The translations under genes were made by a program, and so were the position numbers. Shown here piece after piece: positions 28,901 through 40,400 of a stretch of DNA of 64,000 nucleotides; position 1 is the stretch's first letter, and each line of letters opens with the position of its first letter. Source of the stretch: Eimeria praecox. Lineage: Eukaryota. Under the pieces are notes generated by a model. That model saw only the letters and a program-made list of their open reading frames with translations. It searched no databases and had not been told where the DNA came from. Location: NCBI GenBank assembly GCA_963920595.1, contig OY986948.1:2480001-2544000 (forward strand), given 5' to 3'.

Positions 28901-30135
28901 GTAACAAGCATGCGACCCTTTGAAATTTGGCCGGGCATCTGCGGAGGCTTGACTCACAAGCTGCGTCCAGTGCCTCCAAGTAACATCTGACCCCAAATTA
29001 AGCTGTTTACCATCTCGTCTGAGCCACTAAATTCGCAGGCCCAGCCGCTGCTATGAGGAAATCCTGCTGCATGGATCCGCACTAATTATGCTTCGCTTTG
29101 GGCGATTCACAACAGTTGCGCACCTGCCCTACCAACGAGCATATATTAACGCCCGCCCGGCACACCAGGGTAAACAAACTGAATCATGCAGTTCGGTGTC
29201 ACTTTCTGAGCACCTCAGCTCCGCAATACCATGCCCGAAAAAACCTTAGCACAAGCTGGTTCATCAAGCCACAGGCACACACACGCACATGTATGTCAAG
29301 CAAAGCTCACTCGCCAATTGGTGCAACTGCAGGAAATAAACCTGGCTTGACAGGCACCAAAACGCTGCCGCATATAAGCAGGAAATCCCGTTATGCACAG
29401 GTAGGTATATCATGCGCAGCAAAGCTCGCTTCGCCAATGCTTGCGATCCCCCTTTCGCACAGATGCCTGTGAATGAGCTGGTCAGAAATCGAAGGGTCAA
29501 GCTGAAATTTAGGCTTGCCTTCAGGAAATCTCTACTCTGAACTAGGACCGCAGCCCTCACCTCACCACAATGCAGGTTATAGAGGCTGCCCAAACACTGT
29601 GGTGACCAGGGCTGCATGCTGCAGATGCAATGCCTGACCTTCACGCTTTCACATTGCTTTAGGCACCGCCTGCATTCTTGAATCCTTTTGGAACGATGGC
29701 AAATCCGCGACTCCCCGGCTACGTAATGCAGGTGACCCGCTCCAGACACCAGCTCACGTTTTACAGTAACACAGCATTCGTGTAGGGGCATGCTCTGTCA
29801 TGTGCTTTGACGTGCGCACAACCAGTTATTCTTCCAGCGAACCGTTGGCATTACGCTCAGCAGATGAAATCTACACCCATATCTCATGTACTCTCCATCC
29901 AACTCGTCGAAGACGGCTTCGACCAACCATCACGAAACGCATTAACACTTGTGAGCGTACAGGCACTTCAACGTATACCTAAGCATGTAACTAAGCATCG
30001 TCCAGTCAGAGATGCATGCAAAATAGGGGTACGTAGCAACGCTCGGAAGAAAAGAAAACCCATTGTGACAGGCTATGCCCTGCCAGATTTTCCTTAGACC
30101 CTAACTCCTCCAAAGCTGCGCCGCAAAGCCTATCA
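25903..30135. repeat. 5.2-kb unit 6, truncated at junction J1 (B-to-A fusion)
   Basis: Collinear with the other units up to gcaaagcctatca (30135), then jumps directly to ccttcaact (start of segment A), skipping ~1.13 kb. Confidence 0.96.
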
Positions 30136-30648
30136 CCTTCAACTATTTTCATATGATGCTGCAGAACAACATACCTCCTGAAGGGCCAAGCAGAATTACC
30201 ATGATGACCGTTGCACAGACTCTTCCAGATGACGCGAACAGATCCCTCCTCACTCGGCGGCTCAGCATCACTGCAATATCACCGCACCTATCAGAACTGA
30301 ATCGTCACCTCACTTCTGCAAGCAGAGCATCTACACGAAAAGGACGCTGTTAAAACATCGCACTGCGACCCTTCACCGGCAGAGCAGCGTACCTGCAACT
30401 GAGTGGTGAGCGAACAACGGCATCGTCGATGATTTGAAACCCCCGCTCTCTGCCATATATGCGCAGGGGCGCTAGATCAGCATTAGTGGCGCCTGCAGCC
30501 CAATATATCATCGACCAGTCAGAGATGCATGCAAAATAGGGGTACGTAGCAACGCTCGGAAGAAAAGAAAACCCATTGTGACAGGCTATGCCCTGCCAGA
30601 TTTTCCTTAGACCCTAACTCCTCCAAAGCTGCGCCGCAAAGCCTATCA
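30136..30648. repeat. Isolated 513-bp monomer embedded in the 5.2-kb array
   Basis: A (30136-30508) plus B (30509-30648), with both satellite-specific junctions. Anchors 30153 to 30666 are 513 bp apart. Confidence 0.96.
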
Positions 30649-33600
30649 CCTTCAACTATTTTCATATGATGCTGCAGAACAACATACCTCCTGAAGGGCC
30701 AAGCAGAATTACCATGATGACCGTTGCACAGACTCTTCCAGATGACGCGAACAGATCCCTCCTCACTCAGCGGCTCAGCATCACTGCAATATCACCGCAC
30801 CTATCAGAACTGAATCGTCACCTCACTTCTGCAAGCAGAGCATCTACACGAAAAGGACGCTGTTAAAACATCGCACTGCGACCCTTCACCGGCAGAGCAG
30901 CGTACCTTCAACTGAGTGGTGAGCAATCAACGACATCGCCGATAGTTTGAACCCCCCTTCTCTGCCATATATGCGCAGGGGCGCTAGATCAGCATTAGTG
31001 GCGCCTGCAGCCCAATGTATTATACCTTTCTACTCAACTGGCGCAGCTGAGGCGGCCATGCAGGCGCGCTACTAGGATTCTGCCCTTTGTGCTGTCAGTG
31101 CTGTCTTTTGTTCTAGTCATCCAGCTTACTATCTGTCCTTCATCCCCTACGCACGATAGCGAATGGTAGAGCAATCCTGCGGATCGTGGGACGGGAAGCA
31201 GCAACACTGGGAGGGGCGCTGTTTATATGTGTCGGGCCCGCAGCACTGCTGCGTGCAGAAGGTCCAGCCCCCCAAGAAAGCATCGCTAACACATGCCAGC
31301 GGCACGTCGGACACGCAGGACGGGCAAATGCAAGCCCTCGTATCCTTGCAGAGTTTCTAAAGGTCGCACAAATTCGCACAGTACGCACGGACGTGGCACC
31401 CAAGGACTAGTGGGCAGCCCACACGCTGCCCATTCCTGTCCGCTGGTTGCTTTGCAAGACGAAAGGCATGTCCTTGTCCTGTGATGCGTCAACCAGAGAA
31501 GCTGAATGACCATTTAGCAAAGACCGCACAAATCAAACAGATGCCCTACACCTCAGCTGAGACACACTGGAAACTGAGCTCTCAATTCCCAGGAATCCTT
31601 TGGCCAAATCGCTAACGCGTACAAAGCCTAACAGCAGGGCCTGACTTTCCTTGGAATGCCTTTCACTTGTGCATTGTCCCAACGTGCCACGTAATCATCT
31701 TAGATCAACTACGCGGGAAACCTTGCATTGGGGCTTTTGACCGTCACCAGCAAATATGTGATGAGCAATGCCAGAAGGGGGAGCGCGCCTACTACCACAA
31801 AAACCTAAATGTCAGGCAAACAATCAAGAGAATTGAGCAGCTCGCAACCTCAAGAACAGTGTGTATCTTCCTCATCCTGATATCAACCGGCGTGCAAGTT
31901 GTATGTTGCCCCCTACCAATCCTTTCAATATAGTCCTACGGCAGCCGCTGTTGTTGTTTACCAAAACTCAGCATGGCGATGACGCACAATCTAAAACCTC
32001 ATTGGACTAAGAAAGCCGCATTCAATAGCTGACGCGTAGTGAAAGCGAACAGGTGCGAAAAAAGACACACCTCCTTGCGTCCAGCCGACTTCTGTCGCAT
32101 GCCTCATCCCAAGCACAAGGCCAACGTAAACCAACGGAAACACCGGGGAGCATGCTATCGCTAGTCTACACCCAAATACGCTTTGTTCTGCTTCCCCACA
32201 AACTAGCACAGATTTGATCAAATGGCTCACCAAGCAATTCGCTAGAAGCAAGCTAAATCGCAAAACGTACAACTGTTCCATACCGCCTACAGTGGTCCCT
32301 CCCTAACCCTGGAAAATGCGGGGGCACTCGTCCCGCACAAACAAGTAAATTAACTTGCATGTAAGAAGCCTCAAATCGGGGGGTTCCGCTTGCTCTCGAC
32401 ACTGACGCTACAAGGAAAAGCACTTCTCCACTTCGATAACTGAACCGATGCTCTCGCACCAAACTAAGAGCTCATGAACTGTCTGACTGAACTAGCTGAC
32501 AACTAAGCACGGTGGGATCAAAAACATGGCCAGCAGCTTCCGGTTTGCTGTTTCAAACGGTTTCCGCCCTGCAACTAACAGTCAACCAAAGACGGCGGAG
32601 GGCAGCAACGTGCAGGAGCTATTCAGCGCCTACTAATCAGTAGGTGCTCGTTGCATCTTGCGCATAGCGGCACCTAAACAAGTCCTCAAGCGAAATGATA
32701 CAAAATCACCGCTTGTTGAAGTTACGGCTTAATCTAAGTGCTTGCTTGCCGCATACGTATGTGCAACCTGCCTTCAACCTACACGATTCCCTTAAACAAC
32801 CAAACGTTCTCGCACCTTCTGCATCAGGGCATAGTTCCTACGATAATGACCGTGCTTCACAAGCGCTTGCTTGTTCGTCTGATGCCCTCCGGTGCTTCTC
32901 CCGGTCATCATCACCTCTCACACAAACGTAAAATAAGCAACTTGGCATACTAGCCTGCGTCTGCTCGCTTTACGGCCACACACATGTATCGGAACGGCTT
33001 CATGGTATCGCACCGCCAACACACCAAGGTAAACAAACTGAATCACGCAGTTCGGTGTCACTTACTGAGCACCTCAGCTCCACAATACCATGCCCGACAA
33101 AGCCGTAGCACTAGCTGTGAGCAGGCAGGCATTAGCGGTAAGGGTTTTGCACAGGCAAACTCTACAAAATGAGGCACGCCCAGATTCTGCCTCCCATTCT
33201 GCCCTGCGGTACTACACAGGTGACAAACTACAAGGCCATCAACCAACAACGCTAAAGCCACCCTGAGCTCCGACTCTGAAAATATCTACTGCCAAAGTTG
33301 GACAAGCCACACCCTTGTTGCGGCCGCGGAGCGAGCTCACAATTCGCTGGCTTTGCAATGCATCTCGTCCTTGGGAGATCGCAACTGACCTCTTTGTCAA
33401 TAGCTGAGGGAGCAACCAACCTTTACACTCAACAAGTCCGCAAGTGCCCGACTGATGAATTCTGCATGCGTAACAAGCATGCGACCCTTTGAAATTTGGC
33501 CGGGCATCTGCGGAGGCTTGACTCACAAGCTGCGTCCAGTGCCTCCAAGTAACATCTGACCCCAAATTAAGCTGTTTACCATCTCGTCTGAGCCACTAAA

Positions 33601-35832
33601 TTCGCAGGCCCAGCCGTTGCTATGAGGAAATCCTGCTGCATGGATCCGCACTAATTATGCTTCGCTTTGGGCGATTCACAACAGTTGCGCACCTGCCCTA
33701 CCAACGCGCGTATATCAACGCCCGCCCGGCACACCAGGGTAAACAAACTGAATCACGCAGTTCGGTGTCACTTTCTGAGCACCTCAGCTCCGCAATACCA
33801 TGCCCGAAAAAGCCTTAGCACAAGCTGGTTCATCAAGCCACAGGCACACACACGCACATGTATGTCAAGCAAAGCTCACACGCCAATTGGTGCAACTGCA
33901 GGAAATAAACCTGGCTTGACAGGCACCAAAACGCTGCCGCATATAAGCAGGAAATCCCGTTATGCACAGGTAGGTATATCATGTGTAGCCAAGCTCGCTT
34001 CGCCAATGTTTGCGATCCCCCTTTCGCATAGATGCCTGTGAATGAGCTGGTCAGAAATCGACGGGTCAAGCTGAAATTTAGGCTTGCCTTCAGGAAATCT
34101 CTACTCTGAACTAGGACCGCAGCCCTCACCTCACCACAATGCAGGTTATAGAGGCTGCCCAAACACTGTGGTGACCAGGGCTGCATGCTGCAGATGCAAT
34201 GCCTGATCTTCATGCTTTCGCATTGCTTTAGGTTCTGCCTGGATTTTGAACCCTTTTGGGACGATGGCAAATCCGCGACTCCCCGGCTACGTAATGCAGG
34301 TGACCCGCTCCAGACACCAACTCACTTTCTACAGTAACACAGCATTCGTGTAGGGGCATGCTCTGTCATGTGCTTTGACGTGCGCACAGCCAGTTATTCT
34401 CCCAGCGAACCGCTGGCATTAGGCTCAGCAGATGAAATCTACACCCATATCTCATGTACTCTCCATCCAAGTCGTCGAAGACGGCTTCGGCAAACCATCA
34501 TGAAACGCTTTAACACTTGTGAGCGTACAGGCACTTCAACGTATAACTAAGCATGTAACTAAGCATCGTCCAGTCAGAGATGCATGCAAAATAGGGGTAC
34601 GTAGCAGCGCTCGGAAGAAAAGAAAACCCATTGTGACAGGCTATGCCCTGCCAGATTTTCGTTAGACCCTAACTCCTGCAAAGCTGCACCGCAAAGCCTA
34701 TCAGGCGGCATGCTGAGATTCTCTACAAATCCTTGTGCCTTCATCTCTGGCACACCAACTCACCTTCCGCCAAAATAATTCAGGGCAGTCTTGCAGAGAT
34801 CGGCTGCAACTCCCAGCTTTACCATCCATCGCAGTTTGCAACTCACACAGCCAACCAACCAACCAACGGGGTAAACGCAAGCACAAATTGCGCCTGCTTG
34901 AGCCCTGCAATGCCGTCAAAGGACGCGTCCACACACTCTCTGCAAGGTCAGTCCAAGCTATGCGTCATGAAAGCTATCGCCAGGTTGCTGGTTCGTCCTC
35001 AGTGCCGCATGTTTATATCCGTTCGCACAAAAGCGACAAACGGTATTGAGCTGAGCACGAACTAGCGGACTGTACGGCCCAAAGCGTCATATCCTCCACT
35101 TCCACTGCTAGTCGTGCACACGGCCTTCTTAGTGGCGGGAGCTGCTATGGCCGAACGCCTGCCAATAATGGAGACAGAAGTGAGCTTAGACAATTGGAAT
35201 GTGCTCAGCGTCCCGCGCAAGCCATTATTCATAGTGGCTGGTACGAACAAACAATGCTTGCGACCAAGTCACAGTGTCGCCTCCAGGGCCCTTCACAAGT
35301 CAAAAGTGAAGGGCACTAGTTAGCGGATTCGTGCTTCGTAGAACTACCAAGGGCCGCCTTGCTGTGAAGCATCGTAGTGAGCGACTTTCACTGTAAGTTG
35401 TCGACCCAGAAGGGCAAGCAGACAAGGAGCTGAGAAGAGCCTTTGAGGAAGCAGTGAGCAGTTCGGCGCAGAGCAACGCCAATGCTGTGGACAGGCCAGC
35501 AGATGCAGCATGCGCAGCTTAAAAAGGAGCCTTGTACCGTTGCCAAGGGTGTTAGTAGGATGCGCGGCAAGATTGAAGGACACGCCCATCGAAGTCCAAA
35601 ACCTTCTCCGCGCGATTCCGATTCTTCACGCCAGTTTCGAGCCCGGCCATCTCGTAAATTCCGCCTTCCCAATTCACTTCAAATTCCATCCTAATGGACT
35701 AACAACTCAAGCTAAAGCGGTACGGTCCTGCGTCTGATACTAATGCAGCCACTAGCTGGTTTATACAGCCGAGTTCCTCAGTACACCAACGCATTGAGGC
35801 GATACCAGCGTTACTTCGAGGCGCCACAAGCA
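30649..35832. repeat. 5.2-kb unit 7 (5184 bp, A-start phase), mosaic of unit-6-like and unit-5-like halves
   Basis: Anchors 30666 to 35850. The left part shares unit-6 alleles and the right part shares unit-5 alleles. Confidence 0.95.
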
Positions 35833-37474
35833 CCTTCAACTGCCTTCATATGATGCTGCAAAACAACATACCTCCTGAAGGGCCAAGCTGAATTACCATG
35901 ATGACCGATGCACACACTCTTGCAGATGAGGCGAACAGATCCCTCCTCAGTCTGCGGCTCAGCATCACTGCAATATCACCGCACCTATCAGAACTGAATC
36001 GTCACCTCACTTCTGCAAGCAGAGCATCTACACGAAAAGGACGCTGTTCAAACATCGCACTGCGACCCTTCACCGGCAGAGCAGCGTACCTGCAACTGAG
36101 TGGTGAGCGAACAACGGCACCGTCGATGATTTGAAACCCCCGCTCTCTGCCATATATGCGCAGGGGCGCTAGATCAGCACTAGTGGCGCCTGCAGCCCAA
36201 TATATCATCGACCAGTCAGAGATGCATGCAAAATAGGGGTACGTAGCAACGCTCGGAAGAAAAGAAAACCCATTGTGACAGGCTATGCCCTGCCAGATTT
36301 TCGTTAGACCCTAACTCCTGCAAAGCTGCACCGCAAAGCCTATCAGGCGGCATGCTGAGATTCTCTACAAATCCTTGTGCCTTCATCTCTGGCACACCAA
36401 CTCACCTTCCGCCAAAATAATTCAGGGCAGTCTTGCAGAGATCGGCTGCAACTCCCAGCTTTACCATCCATCGCAGTTTGCAACTCACACAGCCAACCAA
36501 CCAACCAACGGGGTAAACGCAAGCACAAATTGCGCCTGCTTGAGCCCTGCAATGCCGTCAAAGGACGCGTCCACACACTCTCTGCAAGGTCAGTCCAAGC
36601 TATGCGTCATGAAAGCTATCGCCAGGTTGCTGGTTCGTCCTCAGTGCCGCATGTTTATATCCGTTCGCACAAAAGCGACAAACGGTATTGAGCTGAGCAC
36701 GAACTAGCGGACTGTACGGCCCAAAGCGTCATATCCTCCACTTCCACTGCTAGTCGTGCACACGGCCTTCTTAGTGGCGGGAGCTGCTATGGCCGAACGC
36801 CTGCCAATAATGGAGACAGAAGTGAGCTTAGACAATTGGAATGTGCTCAGCGTCCCGCGCAAGCCATTATTCATAGTGGCTGGTACGAACAAACAATGCT
36901 TGCGACCAAGTCACAGTGTCGCCTCCAGGGCCCTTCACAAGTCAAAAGTGAAGGGCACTAGTTAGCGGATTCGTGCTTCGTAGAACTACCAAGGGCCGCC
37001 TTGCTGTGAAGCATCGTAGTGAGCGACTTTCACTGTAAGTTGTCGACCCAGAAGGGCAAGCAGACAAGGAGCTGAGAAGAGCCTTTGAGGAAGCAGTGAG
37101 CAGTTCGGCGCAGAGCAACGCCAATGCTGTGGACAGGCCAGCAGATGCAGCATGCGCAGCTTAAAAAGGAGCCTTGTACCGTTGCCAAGGGTGTTAGTAG
37201 GATGCGCGGCAAGATTGAAGGACACGCCCATCGAAGTCCAAAACCTTCTCCGCGCGATTCCGATTCTTCACGCCAGTTTCGAGCCCGGCCATCTCGTAAA
37301 TTCCGCCTTCCCAATTCACTTCAAATTCCATCCTAATGGACTAACAACTCAAGCTAAAGCGGTACGGTCCTGCGTCTGATACTAATGCAGCCACTAGCTG
37401 GTTTATACAGCCGAGTTCCTCAGTACACCAACGCATTGAGGCGATACCAGCGTTACTTCGAGGCGCCACAAGCA
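35833..37474. repeat. 1642-bp short unit (A + junction J2 + B + 1.13-kb spacer)
   Basis: Anchors 35850 to 37492. J2 lies at 36205/36206, and 36206-37474 is a near-identical copy of 34564-35832. Confidence 0.96.
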
Positions 37475-40400
37475 CCTTCAACTGCCTTCATATGATGCTG
37501 CAAAACAACATACCTCCTGAAGGGCCAAGCAGAATTACCATGATGACCGATGCACACACTCTTGCAGATGAGGCGAACAGATCCCTCCTCAGTCTGCGGC
37601 TCAGCATCACTGCAATATCACCGCACCTATCAGAACTGAATCGTCACCTCACTTCTGCAAGCAGAGCATCTACACGAAAAGGACGCTGTTAAAACATCGC
37701 ACTGCGACCCTTCACCGGCAGAGCAGCGTACCTGCAACTGAGTGGTGGGCGAACAACGGCATCGTCGATGATTTGAAACCCCCGCTCTCTGCCATATATG
37801 CGCAGGGGCGCTAGATCAGCATTAGTGGCGCCTGCAGCCCAATTTATCATCGACCAGTCAGAGACGCATGCAAAATAGGGGTACGTAACAACGCTCGGAA
37901 GAAAAGAAAACATATTGTAACAGGCTGTGCCCTGCCAGATTTTCCTTAGACCCTAACTCCTCCAAAGCTGCGCCGCAAAGCCTATCACCTTCAACTGTTT
38001 TCATATGATGCTGCAAAACAACATACATCCTGAAGGGCCAAGCAGAATTACCATGATGACCGTTGCACACACTCTTGCAGATGAGGCGAACAGATCCCTC
38101 CTCACTCAGCGGCTCAGCATCACTGCAATATCACCGCACCTATCAGAACTGAATCGTCACCTCACTTCTGCAAGCAGAGCATCTACACGAAAAGGACGCT
38201 GTTAAAACATCGCACTGCGACCCTTCACCGGCAGAGCAGCGTACCTGCAACTGAGTGGTGAGCGAACAACGGCACCGTCGATGATTTGAAACCCCCGCTC
38301 TCTGCCATATATGCGCAGGGGCGCTAGATCAGCATTAGTGGCGCCTGCAGCCCAATATATCATCGACCAGTCAGAGATGCATGCAAAATAGGGGTACGTA
38401 ACAACGCGCGGAAGAAAAGAAAACCCATTGTGACAGGCTACGCCCTGCCAGATTTTCCTTAGACCCTAACTCCTCCAAAGCTGCGCCGCAAAGCCTATCA
38501 CCTTCAACTATTTTCATATGATGCTGCAAAACAACATACATCCTGAAGCGCCGAGCAGAATTACCATGATGACCGTTGCACACACTCTTGCAGATGAGGC
38601 GAACAGATCCCTCCTCACTCAGCGGCTCAGCATCACTGCAATATCACCGCACCTATCAGAACTGAATCGTCACCTCACTTCTGCAAGCAGAGCATCTACA
38701 CGAAAAGGACGCTGTTAAAACATCGCACTGCGACCCTTCACCGGCAGAGCAGCGTACCTGCAACTGAGTGGTGGGCGAACAACGGCATCGTCGATGATTT
38801 GAAACCCCCGCTCTCTGCCATATATGCGCAGGGGCGCTAGATCAGCATTAGTGGCGCCTGCAGCCCAATATATCATCGACCAGTCAGAGATGCATGCAAA
38901 ATAGGGGTACGTAGCAACGCTCGGAAGAAAAGAAAACCCATTGTGACAGGCTACGCCCTGCCAGATTTTCCTTAGACCCTAACTCCTCCAAAGCTGCGCC
39001 GCAAAGCCTATCACCTTCAACTATTTTCATATGATGCTGCAAAACAACATACATCCTGAAGCGCCGAGCAGAATTACCATGATGACCGTTGCACACACTC
39101 TTGCAGATGAGGCGAACAGATCCCTCCTCACTCAGCGGCTCAGCATCACTGCAATATCACCGCACCTATCAGAAGTGAATCGTCACCTCACTTCTGCAAG
39201 CAGAGCATCTACACGAAAAGGACGCTGTTAAAACATCGCACTGCGACCCTTCACCGGCAGAGCAGCGTACCTGCAACTGAGTGGTGGGCGAACAACGGCA
39301 TCGTCGATGATTTGAAACCCCCGCTCTCTGCCATATATGCGCAGGGGCGCTAGATCAGCATTAGTGGCGCCTGCAGCCCAATATATCATCGACCAGTCAG
39401 AGATGCATGCAAAATAGGGGTACGTAGCAACGCTCGGAAGAAAAGAAAACCCATTGTGACAGGCTATGCCCTGCCAGATTTTCCTTAGACCCTAACTCCT
39501 CCAAAGCTGCGCCGCAAAGCCTATCACCTTCAACTGTTTTCATATGATGCTGCAAAACAACATACATCCTGAAGCGCCGAGCAGAATTACCATGATGACC
39601 GTTGCACACACTCTTGCAGATGAGGCGAACAGATCCCTCCTCACTCAGCGGCTCAGCATCACTGCAATATCACCGCACCTATCAGAACTGAATCGTCACC
39701 TCACTTCTGCAAGCAGAGCATCTACACGAAAAGGACGCTGTTCAAACATCGCACTGCGACCCTTCACCGGCAGAGCAGCGTACCTGCAACTGAGTGGTGG
39801 GCGAACAACGGCATCGTCGATGATTTGAAACCCCCGCTCTCTGCCATATATGCGCAGGGGCGCTAGATAAGCATTAGTGGCGCCTGCAGCCCAATATATC
39901 ATCGACCAGTCAGAGACGCATGCAAAATAGGGGTACGTAGCAACGCTCGGAAGAAAAGAAAACCCATTGTGACAGGCTATGCCCTGCCAGATTTTCCTTA
40001 GACCCTAACTCCTCCAAAGCTGCGCCGCAAAGCCTATCACCTTCAACTGTTTTCATATGATGCTGCAGAACAACATACCTCCTGAAGGGCCAAGCAGAAT
40101 TACCATGATGACCGTTGCACACACTCTTGCAGATGAGGCGAACAGATCCCTCCTCACTCAGCGGCTCAGCATCACTGCAATATCACCGCACCTATCAGAA
40201 CTGAATCGTCACCTCACTTCTGCAAGCAGAGCATCTACACGAAAAGGACGCTGTTCAAACATCGCACTGCGACCCTTCACCGGCAGAGCAGCGTACCTGC
40301 AACTGAGTGGTGGGCGAACAACGGCATCGTCGATGATTTGAAACCCCCGCTCTCTGCCATATATGCGCAGGGGCGCTAGATCAGCATTAGTGGCGCCTGC

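Larger units (their letters stand above)
1..37474. repeat. Macrosatellite: head-to-tail tandem array of a ~5.2-kb unit (5 complete units, then rearranged units); open at the left window edge
   Basis: The sequence at position 1 (aattccgtcttcccaattc) recurs at 5181, 10400, 15593 and 20718, and with one substitution at 25903, 35657 and 37299. The whole ORF track repeats with the same period. Copies differ by scattered substitutions and small indels. Confidence 0.99.

Noticed and set aside
1..37474. LTR retrotransposon tandem with segment A/B as the LTR
   Set aside because: There is no gag/pol-like ORF, no TG...CA termini, PBS or PPT that I can identify. A and B are not contiguous in the long unit.
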